This document shows positions 10,591-24,154 of a stretch of 64,000 bases of DNA, one piece after another (position 1 is the first letter of the stretch; every line of letters starts with the position of its first letter). Source of the DNA: Octopus sinensis (Eukaryota); NCBI RefSeq assembly GCF_006345805.1, contig NC_043020.1, forward strand, positions 25,544,001-25,608,000, read 5' to 3'. Position numbers and translations under genes: made by a program. The notes beneath the pieces are model-generated. The model ran no database searches and had not been told where the DNA came from. It saw nothing but the letters and a program-made list of their open reading frames with translations.

Positions 10591-13500
10591 GAACTGTACG
10601 GATTTTACTGTTGTTGTTGTTGGTTCTTCAGCTTTTACTGTTGTTATTGGTTCTTCAGCTTTTAATGTTGTTATTGGTTCTTCAGATTTTACAGTTGTTG
10701 TTGGTTCTTCAGCTTTTACTGTTGTTGTTGGTTCTCCAGATTTTACTGTTGTTGTTGGTTCTTCAGCTTTTACTGTTGAGGGTTCTTCAGATTTTACTAT
10801 TGTTGATGGTTCTTCAGATTTTACTCTTGTTGTTGGTTCTTCAGCTGTTACTGTTGTTGATGGTTCTTCAGATTTTACTGTTAATGCTTCTTCAGCTTTT
10901 ACTGTTGTTGTTGGTCCTTCAGCTTTTACTGTTGTTGATGGTTCTCCAGGTTTTACTGTTGTTGTTGGTTCTTCAGCTTTTACTGTTGATGGTTCTTCAG
11001 ATTTTACTATTGTTGATGGTTCTTCAGATTTTACTGACGTTGTTGGTTTTTCAGCTTTTACTGTTGTTATTGGTTCTTCAGCATTTACAGTTGTTGTTGG
11101 TTCTTCAGATTTTACTGTTGTTGTTGGTTCTTCAGATTTTACTGTTGTTGTTGGTTCTTCAGATTTTACTATTGTTGATGGATCTTCAGACGTTACCGTT
11201 GTTGGCTCTTCAGCTTTTGCTGTTGTTGTTCGTTCTTCAGCTTTTACTGTTGTTGTTCGTTCTTCAGCTTTTACTGTTGTTGTTGGTTCTTCAGATTTTA
11301 CTGTTGTTGTTGGTTCTTCAGATTTTACTATTATTGACTTTACTGTTGTTGTTGGTTCTTCAGGTTTTACTGTTGTTGTTGGTTCTTCAGCTTTTACTTT
11401 GATGGTTCTTCAGATTTTACTATTGTTGATGGTTCTTCAGATTTTACTGTTGTTGTTGGTTCTTCAGCTGTTACTATTGTTGATGGTTCTTCAGATTTTA
11501 CTGTTATTGGTTCTTCAGCTTTTACTGTTGTTGTTGGTTCTTCAGCTTTTACTGCTGTTGTTGGTTCTTCAGATTTTACAATTGTTGATGGTTCTTCAGC
11601 TTTTACTGTTGTTGTTGGTTCTTCAGCTTTTACAGTTGTTGTTGGTTCTTCCGGTTTTACACTTGTTGTTGGTTCTTCAGCTTTTACTCTTGTTGCTCGT
11701 TCTTAAGGTTTTACTGTTGTTGTTGGTTAGTCAGCTTTTACTGTTGATGGTTCTTCAGATTTTACTATTGTTGATGGTTCTTCAAATTTTACTGTTGTTG
11801 TTAGTTCTTCAGCTGTTACTGTTGTTGATGGTTCTTCAGATTTTACTGTTATTGGTTCTTCAGCTTTTACTGTTGTTGATGGTTCTTCAGCTTTTACTGT
11901 TGTTGATGGTTCTTCAGCTTTTACTGCAGATGGTTCTCCAGATTTTACTATTGTTGATGGTTCTTCAGATTTTACTGTCGTTGTTGGTTCCTCAGCTTTT
12001 AATGTTGTTATTGGTTCTTCAGCTTTTACCGTTGTTGTTGGTTCTTCAGATATTACTGTTGTTGTTGGTTCTTCAGATTTTACTGTTGTTGTTGGTTCTT
12101 CAGATTTTAGTATTATTGATGGTTCCTCAGACGTTACCGTTGTTGGTTCATCAGCTTTTACTATTGTTGTTGGGTCTTCAGCCTTTACTGTTGTTTATGG
12201 TACTTCAGCTTTTACTGTTGTTGTTGGTTCTTCAGATTTTACTGTTGTTGTTGGTTCTTCAGATTTTACTATTGTTGATGGTTCTTCAGACTTTACTGTT
12301 GTTGGTTCTTCAGCTTTTACTGTTGTTGTTGGATATTCAGATTTTACTGTTGTTGTTGGTTCTTCAGCTTTTACTGTTGTTGTTGGTTCTTCAGATTTTA
12401 CTTTTATTGTTGGTTCTTCAGATTTTACTGTTGTTATTGGTTCTTCAGATTTTACTGTTGTTGTTGGTTCTTCAGCTTTTACTGTTGTTGTTGGTACTTC
12501 AGCTTTTACTCTTATTGTTGGTTCTTCAGCTTTTACTGTTGTTAATGGTTCTTCAGCTTTTACGCTTGTTGTTGGTTCTTCAGGTTTTACTCTTGTTGTT
12601 GGTTCTTCAGCTTTTATTGTTGTTAATGGTTCTTCAGCTTTTACACTTGTTGTTGGTTCTTCAGCTTTTACTCTTGTAAAATCTGAAGAACCATCAACAG
12701 TAAAAGCTGAAGAACCAACAACAACAGTAAAAGCTGAAGAACCATCAACAATAGTAAGATCTGAAGAACCAACAACAACAGTAAAAGCTGAAGAACCAAC
12801 AACAACAGTAAAATCTGAAGAACCATCAAAGTAAAAGTTGAAGAACCAACAACAACAATAAAACCTGAAGAACCGACAACAAGAGTAAAACCTGAAGAAC
12901 CAACAACAAGAGTAAAAGCTGAACCACCAACAACAAGAGCAAAACCTGAAAAACCAACAACAACAGTAAAAGCTGAAGAACCAACAACAACAGTAAAAGC
13001 TGAAGAACCAACAACAGTAAAGTCTGAAGGACCATCAACAATAGTAAAATCTGAAGAACCAACAACGACAGTAAAATCTAAAGAACCAACAACAACAGGA
13101 AAAGCTGAAGAACGAACAACAACAGTAAAAGCTGAAGAACGAACAACAACAGTAAAAGCTGAAGAACCAACAACGGTAACGTCTGAAGAACCATCAACAA
13201 TAGTAAAATCTGAAGAACCAACAACAACAGTAAAATCTGAAGAACCAACAACAACAGTAAAATCTGAAGAAACAACAACAACGGTAAATGCTGAAGAACC
13301 AATAACAACAGTAAAAGCTGAAGAACCAACAACGACAGTAAAATCTGAAGAACCATCAACAATAGTAAAATCTGAAGAACCATCAACAGTAAAAGCTGAA
13401 GAACCAACAACAACAGTAAAAGCTGAAGAACCAACAACAACAGTAAAAGCTGAAGAACCAACAACAACAGTAAAAGCTGAAGAAGCATTAACAGTAAAAT

Positions 13501-16500
13501 CTGAAGAACCATCAACAACAGTAACAGCTGAAGAACCAACAACAACAGTAAAATCTGAAGAACCATCAACAATAGTAAAATCTGAAGAACCATCAACAGT
13601 AAAAGCTGAAGAACCAACAACAACAGTAAAAGCTGAAGAACCAACAACAACAGTAAAAGCTGAAGAAACAACAACAACAGTAAAAGCTGAAGAACCAACA
13701 ACAACAGTAAAAGCTGAAGAACCAATAACAACAGTAAAAGCTGAAGAACCAACAACAACAGTAAAATCTGAAGAACCAACAACAAGAGTAAAAGCTGAAG
13801 AACCAACAACAAGAGTAAAAGCTGAAGAACCATTAACAACAATAAAAGCTGAAGAACCAACAACAAGAGTAAAACCTGAAGAACCAACAACAACAGTAAA
13901 AGCTGAAGAACCAACAACGGTAACGTCTGAAGAACCATCAACAATAGTAAAATCTGAAGAACCAACAACAACAGTAAAATCTGAAGAACCAACAACAACA
14001 GTAAAAGCTGAAGAACGAACAACAACAGTAAAAGCTGAAGAACGAACAACAACAGTAAAAGCTGAAGAACCAACAACGGTAACGTCTGAAGAACCATCAA
14101 CAATAGTAAAATCTGAAGAACCAACAACAACAGTAAAATCTGAAGAACCAACAACAACAGTAAAATCTGAAGAACCAACAACAACGGTAAATGCTGAAGA
14201 ACCAATAACAACAGTAAAAGCTGAAGAACCAACAACGACAGTAAAATCTGAAGAACCATCAACAATAGTAAAATCTGAAGAACCATCAACAGTAAAAGCT
14301 GAAGAACCAACAACAACAGTAAAAGCTGAAGAACCATCAACAACAGTAAAAGCTGAAGAACCAACAACAACAGTAAAAGCTGAAGAAGCATTAACAGTAA
14401 AATCTGAAGAACCATCAACAACAGTAACAGCTGAAGAACCAACAACAACAGTAAAATCTGAAGAACCATCAACAATAGTAAAATCTGAAGAACCCTCAAC
14501 AGTAAAAGCTGAAGAACCAAGAACAACAGTAAAATCTGGAGAACCAACAACAACAGTAAAAGCTGAAGAAACAACAACAACAGTAAAATCTGAAGAACCA
14601 ACAACAACAGTAAAAGCTGAAGAACCAATAACAACAGTAAAAGCTGAAGAACCAACAACAACAGTGAAATCTGGAGAACCAACAACAAGAGTAAAAGCTG
14701 AAGAACCAACAACAAGTGTAAAAGCTGAAGAACCATTAACAACAATAAAAGCTGAAGAACCAACAACAAGAGTAAAACCTGAAGAACCAACAACAAGAGT
14801 AAAAGCTGAAAAACCATTAACAACAGTAAAAGCTGAAGAACCAACAACAACAGTAAAACATGAAGAACCAAGAACAAGAGTAAAACCTGAAGAACCAACA
14901 ACAACAGTAAAAGTTGAAGAACCAACAACAACAATAAAATCTGAAGAACCAATAATGGTTCTTCAGATTTTACTGTTGTTGGTTCTTCAGCTTTTACTGT
15001 TGTTGTTGGTACTTCAGGTTTTACTGTTGTTGATGGTTCTTCAGATTTTACTGTTAATGCTTCTTCAGCTTTTACTGTTGTTGTTGGTTCTTCAGCTTTT
15101 ACTGTTGTTGATGTTTTCAGCTTTTACTGTTGTTGTTGGTTCTTCAGCTTTTACTGTTGATGGTTCTTCAGATTTTATTGTTGATGTTTCTTCAGATGGT
15201 TCTTAGTATCTTCAGATTTGTTCTGTCGTGTCGGTTCTTCAGCTTTTACTGTTGTTGATGGTTCTTCAGCTTTTACTGTTGTGTTGTTGTTCTTCAGCTT
15301 TTACTGTGATGGTTCTTCTTCATTTTTACTATTGGATGGTTCTTCAGCTTTTACTGTTGTTGTTCGTCTTCAGCTGTTACTGTTGTTGATGGTTCTTCAG
15401 ATTTTACTGTAATGCTTCTTCAGCTTTTACTGTTGTTGTTGGTTCTTCAGCTTTTACTGTTGTTGATGGTTCTTCAGCTTTTACTGTTGTTGTTGGTTCT
15501 TCAGCTTCTACTGTTGATGGTTCTTCAGATTTTACTATTGTTGATGGTTCTTCAGATTTTACTGTCGTTGTTGGTTCTTCAGCTTTTACTGTTGTTTTTG
15601 GTTCTTCAGCACTTACCGTTGTTGTTGGTTCTCCAGATTTTACTGTTGTTGTTGGTTCTTCAGATTTTACTGTCGTTGTTGGTTCTTCAGATTTTACTAT
15701 TGTTGATGGTTCTTCAGACGTTACCGTTGTTGGTTCTTCAGCTTTTACTGTTGTTGTTCGTTCTTCAGCTTTTACTGTTGTTGTTCGTTCTTCAGCTTTT
15801 ACTGTTGTTGTTATATTTTCAGGTTTTGCTCTTGTTGTTGGTTCTTCAGCTTTTACTCTTGTTATTTCAGGTTTTACTCTTGTTCTTGGTTCTTCAGGTT
15901 TTACTGTTGTTGTTGGTTCTTCAGCTTTTACTTTGATGGTTCTTCAGATTTTACTATTGTTGATGGTTCTTCAGATTTTACTGTTGTTGTTGGTTCTTCA
16001 GCTATTACTGTTGTTGATGTTTCTTCAGATTTTACTGTTATTGGTTCTTCAGCTTTTACTGTTGTTGTTGGTTCTTCAGCTTTTACTGTTGATGGTTCTT
16101 CAGATTTTACTATTATTGATGGTTCTTCAGATTTTACTGTCGTTGTTGGTTCTTCAGTTTTACTGTTGTTATTGGTTCTTCAGCATTTACCGTTGTTGTT
16201 GGTTCTTCAGATTTTACTATTGTTGATGGTTCTTCAGCTTTTACTGTTGTTGTTGGTTCTTCAGCTTTTACTGTTGATGGTTCTTCAGCTTTTACTGTTG
16301 TTGTTGGTTCTTCAGCTTTTACTCTTGTTGTTTCAGGTTTTACTCTTGTTGATGGATCTTCAGCTTTTACTGTTGTTGTTGGTTCTTCAGCTTTTACTTT
16401 GATGGTTCTTCAGATTTTACTATTGTTGATGGTTCTTCAGCTTTTACTGTTGTTGTTGGTTCTTCAGCTTTTACTGTTGTTGTTGGTTCTTCAGCTTTTA

Positions 16501-19500
16501 CTGTTGTTGTTGGTTCTTCAGCTTTTACTGTTGTTGTTGGTTCTTCAGCTTTTACTGTTGTTGTTGGTTCTTCAGCTTTTACTGTTGTTGTTGGTTCTTC
16601 AGCTTTTACTGTTGTTGTTGGTTCTTCAGCTTTTACTGTTGTTGTTGGTTCTTTCGGTTTTACATTTGTTGTTGGTTCTTCAGCTTTTACTCTTGTTGTT
16701 CGTTCTTCAGGTTTTACTGTTGTTGTTGGTTAGTCAGCTTTTACTATTGATGGTTCTTCAGATTTTACTATTGTTGATGGTTCTTCAAATTTTACTGTTG
16801 TTGATGGTTCTTCAGCTTTTACTATTGTTAATGGTTCTTCAGATTTTACTGTTGTTATTGGTTCTTAGGCTTTTACCGTTGTTGTTGGTTCTTCAGATTT
16901 TACTGTTGTTGTTGGTTCTTCAGATTTTACTGTTGTTGTTGGTTCTTCAGATTTTACTATTGTTGATGGTTCTTCAGACGTTACCGTTGTTGGTTCTTCA
17001 GCTTTTACTATTGTTGTTGGTTCTTCAGCCTTTACTGTTGTTTATCGTACTTCAGCTTTTACTGTTGTTGTTGGTTCTTCAGATTTTACTGTTGTTGGTT
17101 CTTCAGATTTTACTATTGTTGTTGGTTCTTCAGATTTTACTGTCGTTGTTGGTTCTTCAGCTTTTACTATTTGTTATGGTTCTTCAGCATTTACCGTTGT
17201 TGTTGGTTCTTCAGATTTACTGTTGTTGTTGTTCTTCAGATTTTACTGTTGTTGTTGTTCTTCAGATTTACTGTTGTTGGTGGTTCTTCAGATTTTACTG
17301 TTGTTGGTTTTCAGATTTTACTATTGTTGTTGTTCTTCAGCTTTACTGTTGTTGTTGGTTCTTCAGATTTTACTGTTGTTGTTGGTTCTTCAGATTTTAC
17401 TATTGTTGATGTTCTTCAGACTTTACTGTTGTTGGTTCTTCAGCTTTTACTCTTGTTGTTGGTTCTTCAGGTTTTACTGTTGTTGTTGGTTCTTCAGGTT
17501 GTACTGTTGTTGTGGTTCTTCAGATTTTACTGTTAATGCTTCTTCAGCTTTTACTATTGTTGTTGGTTCTTCTTCAGCTTTTACTGTTGTTGATGGTTCT
17601 TCAGCTTTTACTGTTGTTGTTGGTTCTTCAGCTTTTACTGTTGTTGTTGGTTCTTCAGATTTTGCTGTTGTTGTTGGTTCTTCAGATTTTACTGTTGTTG
17701 CTGGTTCTTCAGCTTTTACTGTTGTTGTTGGATCTCTTCAGACGACGTTCCGTTGTTGGTTCTTCAGCTTTTACTGTTGTTGTTCGTTCTTCAGCTTTTA
17801 CTGTTGTTGTTCGTTCTTCAGCATTTACTGTTGTTGTTGGTTCTTCAGATTTTACTGTTGTTGTTGGTTCTTCAGATTTTACTATTGTTGATTGTTCTTC
17901 AGACTTTACTGTTGTTGGTTCTTCAGCTTTTACTGTTGTTTTCGGTTCTTCAGCTTTTACAGTTGTTGTTGGTTTTTCAGGTTTTGCTCTTGTTGTTGGT
18001 TCTTCAGCTTTTGCTCTGGTTGTTGGTTCTTCAGGTTTTACTCTTGTTGTTGGTTCTTCAGGTTTTACTGTTGTTGTTGGTTCTTCAGCTTTCACTTTGA
18101 TGGTTCTTCAGATTTTACTATTGTTGATGGTTCTTCAGATTTTACTGTTGTTGTTGGTTCTTCAGCTGTTACTGTTGTTGATGGTTCTTCAGATTTTACT
18201 GTTGTTGGTTCTTCTTCAGCTTTTACTGTTGTTGTTGGTTCTTCAGCTTTTACACTGTTGTTGATGTTCTTCAGCTTTTTACTGTTGTTGTTGGTTTTCA
18301 GGTTTTACGTTGTTGTTGGTTCTTCAGCTTTTACTGTTGTTGTTCGTCTCTTCAGCTTTTACTGTTGTTGGTTCGTCTTCAGCATTTACTGTTGTTGTTG
18401 GTTCTTCTGTTTTACTGTTGTTGTTGGTTCTTCAGATTTTACTCTTGTTGTTGTTCTTCAGACTTTACTGTTGTTGTTCTTCAGCTTTTGCTGTTGTTTT
18501 CGGTTCTTCATATTTTACAGTTGTTGTTGGTTTTTCAAATGTTTTTTTGCTCTTGTTTTTTTGTTCTCAGCTTTTGCTACTGTTGTTGGTTCTTCAGGTT
18601 TTACTCTTGTTGTTGGTTCTTCAGGTTTTACTGTTGTTGTTGGTTCTTCAGCTTTTACTGTTGTTAATGGTTCTTCAGCTTTTACTCTTGTTGTTGGTTC
18701 TTCAGGTTTTACTCTTGTTGTTGGTTCTTCAGCTTTTATTGTTGTTAATGGTTCTTCAGCTTTTACACTTGTTGTTGGTTCATCACCTTTTACTCTTCTT
18801 GTTGGTTCTTCAGATTTTACTTTGATGGTTCTTCAGATTTTACTATTGTTGATGGTTCTTCAGATTTTACTGTTGTTGTTGGTTCTTCAGCTGTTACTGT
18901 TGTTGATGGTTCTTCAGATTTTACTGTTATTGGTTCTTCAGCTTTTACTGTTGTTGTTGGTTCTTCAGCTTTTACTGTTGTTGATGGTTCTTCAGCTTTT
19001 ACTGTTGTTGTTGGTTCTTCAGCTTTTACTGTTGTTGTTGGTTCTTCAGCTTTTACTGTTGTTGTTCGTTCTTCAGCTTTTACTGTTGTTGTTCGTTCTT
19101 CAGCATTTACTGTTGTTGTTGGTTCTTCAGATTTTACTGTTGTTGTTGGTTCTTCAGATTTTACTATTGTTGATTGTTCTTCAGACTTTACTGTTGTTGG
19201 TTCTTCAGCTTTTGCTGTTGTTTTCGGTTCTTCAGCTTTTACAGTTGTTGTTGGTTTTTCAGGTTTTGCTCTTGTTGTTGGTTCTTCAGCTTTTGCTCTG
19301 GTTGTTGGTTCTTCAGGTTTTACTCTTGTTGTTGGTTCTTTAGGTTTTACTGTTGTTGTTGGTTCTTCAGCTTTTACTGTTGTTAATGGTTCTTCAGCTT
19401 TTACTCTTGTTGTTGGTTCTTCAGGTTTTACTCTTGTTGTTGGTTCTTCAGCTTTTATTGTTGTTAATGGTTCTTCAGCTTTTACACTTGTTGTTGGTTC

Positions 19501-22500
19501 ATCACCTTTTACTCTTCTTGTTGGTTCTCCAGATTTTACAGTTGTTGTTGGTTCTTCAGCTTTTACTCTTGTTGTTGGTTTTCAGGTTTTACTCTTGTTG
19601 TTGGTTCTTCAGCTTTTACTCTTATTGTTGGTTCTCCAGCTTTTACTGTTGTTAATGGTTCTTCAGCTTTTACTCTTGTTGTTGGTTCTTCCTGTTTTAC
19701 ACTTGTTGTTGGTTCTTCAGCTTTTACTCTTGTTGTTCGTTCTTCAGGTTTTACTGTTGTTGTTGGTTAGTCAGCTTTTACTGTTGATGGTTCTTCATAT
19801 TTTACTATTGTTGATGGTTCTTCAAATGTTACTCTTGTTGTTAGTTCTTCAGCTGTTACTGTTGTTGATGGTTCTTCAGATTTTACTGTTATTGGTTCTT
19901 CAGCTTTTACTGTTGTTGATGGTTCTTCAGCTTTTACTGTTGTTGATGGTTCTTCAGCTTTTACTGTTGATGCTTCTCCAGATTTTACTATTGTTGATGG
20001 TTCTTCAGATTTTACTGTCGTTGTTGGTACTTCAGCTTTTACTGTTGTTATTGGTTCTTCAGCTTTTACCGTAGTTGTTGGTTCTTCAGATTTTACTGTT
20101 GTTGTTGGTTCTTCAGATTTTACTGTTGTTGTTGGTTCTTCAGATTTTACTATTGTTGATGTTTCTTCAGACGTTACCGTTGTTGGTTCCTCAGCTTTTT
20201 CTGTTGTTGTTGGATATTCAGATTTTACTGTTGTTGTTGGTTCTTCAGATTTTACTATTGTTGATGGTTCTTCAGACTTTACTGTTGTGGTTCTCAGCTT
20301 TTACTGTTGTTGTTGGATATTCAGATTTTACTGTTGTTGTTGGTTCTTCAGCTTTTACTGTTGTTAATGGTTCTTCAGCTGTTTACTCTTGTTGTTGGTT
20401 CTTCAGGTTTTACTCTTGTTGTTGGTTCTTCAGCTTTATGTTGTAATGGTTCTTCAGCTTTTACACTTGTTGTTGGTTCATCACCTTTTACTCTTCTTGT
20501 TGGTTCTCCAGATTTTACAGTTGTTGTTGGTCTTCAGCTTTTAACTCTTGTTGTTGGTTTTCAGGTTTTACTCTTGTTGTTGGTTGGTTCTTCAGCTTTT
20601 ACTCTTATGTTGGTTCTCCAGCTTTTACTGTTGTTAATGGTTCTTCAGCTTTTACTATTGTGTTGGTTCTTCTGTTTTACACTTGTTGTTGGTTCTTCAG
20701 CTTTTACTCTTGTTGTTCGTTCTTCAGGTTTTACTGTTGTTGTTGGTTAGTCAGCTTTTATGTGATGGTTCTTCATATTTTACTATTGTTGATGGTTCTT
20801 CAATGTTACTATTGTTGTTAGTTCTTCAGCTGTTACTGTTGTTGATGGTTCTTCAGATTTTACTGTTATTGGTGTTTCTTCAGCTTTTACTGTGTTGATG
20901 GTTCTTCAGCTTTACTGTTGTTGATGGTCTTCAGCTTTTACTGTTGATGCTTATCCCAGATTTTACTATTGTTGATGGTTCTTCAGATTTTACTGTCGTT
21001 GTTGGTACTTCAGCTTTTACTGTTGTTATTGGTTCTTCAGCTTTTACCGTAGTTGTTGGTTCTTCAGATTTTACTGTTGTTGTTGGTTCTTCAGATTTTA
21101 CTGTTGTTGTTGGTTCTTCAGATTTTACTATTGTTGATGTTTCTTCAGACGTTACCGTTGTTGGTTCCTCAGCTTTTTCTGTTGTTGTTGGATATTCAGA
21201 TTTTACTGTTGTTGTTGGTTCTTCAGATTTTACTATTGTTGATGGTTCTTCAGACTTTACTGTTGTTGGTTCTCCAGCTTTTACTGTTGTTGTTGGATAT
21301 TCAGATTTTACTGTTGTTGTTGGTTCTTCAGCTTTTACTGTTGTTGTTGGTTCTTCAGATTTTACTGTTGTTTTTGGTTCTTAAGATTTTACTGTTGTTA
21401 TTGGTTCTTCAGATTTTACTGTTGTTGTTGGTTCTTCAGCTTATACTCTTATTGTTGGTTCTTCAGCTGTTACTGTTGTTGATGGTTCTTCAGATTTTAC
21501 TGTTAAAGCTTCTTCAGCTTTTACTGTTGTTGTTGGTTCTTCAGCTGTTACTGTTGTTGATGGTTCTTCAGCTTTTACTGTTGTTGTTGGTTCTTGAGCT
21601 TTTACTGTTGATGGTTCTTCAGATTTTACTATTGTTGATGGTTCTTAAGATTTTACTGTCGTTGTTGGTTCTTTCGGTTTTACATTTGTTGTTGGTTCTT
21701 CAGCTTTTACTCTTGTTGTTCGTTCTTCAGCCTTTACTGTTGTTTATCGTATTTCAGCTTTTACTGTTGTTGTTGGTTCTTCAGATTTTACTGTTGTTGT
21801 TGGTTCTTCAGATTTTACTATTATTGATGGTTCTTCAGACTTTACTGTTGCTGGTTCTTCAGCTTTTACTGTTGTTATTGGATATTCAGATTTTACTATT
21901 GCTGTTGGTTCTTCAGCTTTTACTCTTGTTGTTGGTTCTTCAGATTTTACTGTTGTTGTTGGTTCTTCAGATTTTACTGTTGTTATTGGTTCTTCAGATT
22001 TTACTGTTGTTGTTGGTTCTTCAGCTTTTACTGTTGTTGTTGGTACTTCAGGTTTTACTCTTGTTGTTGGTTCTTCAGCTTTTACTCTTATTGTTGGTTC
22101 TTCAGCTTTTACTGTTGTTAATGGTTCTTCAGCTTTTACTCTTGTTGTTGGTTCTCCAGATTTTACTTTTGTTGTTGGTTCTTCAGCTTTTACTGTTGTT
22201 ATTGGTTCTTCAGATTTTACTATTGTTGATGGTTCTTCAGATTTTACTGTTGTTGTTGGTTTTTAGTTGTTACTGTTGTTGATGGTTCTTCAGATTTTAC
22301 TGTTAATGCTTCTTCAGCTTTTACTGTTGTTGTTGGTTCTTCAGCTTTTACTGTTGTTGATGGTTCTTCAGCTTTTACTGTTGTTGTTGGTTCTTCAGCT
22401 TTTACTGTTGTTGTTGGTTCTTCAGATTTTACTATTGTTGATGGTTCTTCAGATTTTACTGTCGTTGTTGGTTCTTCAGATTCTACTGTTGTTATTGGTT

Positions 22501-24154
22501 CTTCAGCATTTACCGTTGTTGTTGGTTCTTCAGATTATACTGTTGTTGTTCGTCTTCAGCTTTTTACTGTTGTTGTTGGTTCTTCAGATTTTACTGTTGT
22601 TGTTGGTTCTTCAGATTACTTACTTGTTGATGGTTCTTCAGATTTTACTGTTGTTGTTGGTTTTTCGCTGTTACTGTGTTGATGGTTCTTCAGATTTTAC
22701 TGTTAATGCTTCTTCAGCTTTTTACTGTTGTTGTTGGTTCTTCAGCTTTACTGTTGTTTGATGGGTCTTCAGCTTTTACTGTTATGTTGGTTCTTCAGCT
22801 TTTACTGTTGATGGTTCTTCAGATTTTACTATTGTTCATGGTCTTCAGATTTTACTGTCGTGTTGGTTCTTCAGCTTTTACTGTTGTTATTGGTTCTTCA
22901 GCATTTACGTTGTTGTGGTTCTTCAGATTTTACTGTTGTTGTTGGTTCTCTCAGATTTTACTGTTGTTGTTGGTTCTTCAGATTTTACTATTGTTGGTGG
23001 TTCTTCAGACGTTACCGTTGTTGGTTCTTCAGCTTTTAATGTTGTTCGTTCTTCAGCTTTTACTGTTGTTGTTCGTTCTTCAGCTTTTACTGTTGTTGTT
23101 GGTTCTTCAGATTTTACTGTTGTTGTTGGTTCTTCAGATTTTACTATTGTTGATGGTTCTTCAGACTTTACTGTTGTTGGTTCTTCAGCTTTTACTGTTG
23201 TTGTTGGTTCTTCAGCTTTTACTGTTGTTGTTGGTTCTTCAGGTTTTACTCTTGTTGTTGGTTCTTCAGGTTTTACTGTTGTTGTTGGTTCTTCAGCTTT
23301 TACTTTGATGGTTCTTCAGATTTTACTATTGTTGATGGTTCTTCAGATTTTACTGTTGTTGTTGGTTCTTCAGCTGTTACTGTTGTTGATGGTTCTTCAG
23401 ATTTTACTGTTATTGGTTCTTCAGCTTTTACTGTTGTTGTTGGTTCTTCAGCTTTTACTGTTGTTGATGGTTCTTCAGCTTTTACTGTTGTTGTTGGTTC
23501 TTCAGCTTTTACTGTTGTTGTTGGTTCTTCAGATTTTACTATTGTTGATGGTTCTTCAGATTTTACTGTCGTTGTTGGTTCTTCAGATTCTACTGTTGTT
23601 ATTGGTTCTTCAGCATTTACCGTTGTTGTTGGTTCTTCAGATTTTACTGTTGTTGTTGGTTCTTCAGATTTTACTGTTGTTGTTGGTTCTTCAGATTTTA
23701 CTATTGTTGGTGGTTCTTCAGACGTTACCGTTGTTGGTTCTTCAGCTTTTACTGTTGTTGTTCGTTCTTCAGCTTTTACTGTTGTTGTTCGTTCTTCAGC
23801 TTTTACTGTTGTTGTTGGTTCTTCAGATTTTACTGTTGTTGTTGGTTCTTCAGATTTTACTATTGTTGATGGTTCTTCAGACTTTACTGTTGTTGGTTCT
23901 TCAGCTTTTACTGTTGTTGTTGGTTCTTCAGCTTTTACTGTTGTTGTTGGTTCTTCAGGTTTTACTCTTGTTGTTGGTTCTTCAGGTTTTACTGTTGTTG
24001 TTGGTTCTTCAGCTTTTACTTTGATTGTTCTTCAGATTTTACTATTGGTTGATGGGTCTTCAGATTTTACTGTTGGTTGTTGGTTCTTCAGCTGTTATGT
24101 TGTTGATGGTTCTTCAGACTTTACTGTTGTTGGTTCTTCAGCTTTACTGTTGTT
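10590..24154 (-). repeat. Young 24/27-bp tandem array reading (P)TTTVKAEE / PSTIVKSEE; mucin-like coding repeat or derived minisatellite
   Basis: Plus-strand unit ggttcttcagcttttactgttgttgtt occurs hundreds of times. ORF 17709-18095(-) shows KAEEPTTTVKPEEPTTRV. The array runs into the assembly gap. Confidence 0.95.
12676..14953 (+). repeat. Inverted block of the TTTVKAEEP array
   Basis: Strand switches occur at ctcttgt|aaaatctg (~12677) and gaagaacca-ataa-tggttcttc (~14953). The plus frame appears open from 12831 through the block. Confidence 0.95.

Larger units (their letters stand above)
5607..24154 (-). pseudogene. Putative disrupted giant PTS/E-rich mucin-like exon
   Basis: Three successive repeat types all read Thr/Pro-rich on the same strand with unit lengths divisible by 3. 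Stops and frameshifts are present, and no start codon or signal peptide is visible (it would lie in or beyond the gap). Confidence 0.45.

Noticed and set aside
15150-22960. Patches of dense private indels within the array as biological frameshifts
   Set aside because: They are clustered, non-recurrent and often in homopolymer or triplet runs, consistent with unpolished long-read error.
10589-24024. Long poly-Leu/Val ORFs (LLLLVLQ, VVVGSSAFT)
   Set aside because: These are antisense frames of the TTTVKAEEP repeat. They are open only because the unit lacks stops, and they switch strand with the inversion.
10590-24154. CRISPR-like regular repeat
   Set aside because: No unique spacers, no cas genes and a eukaryotic context.
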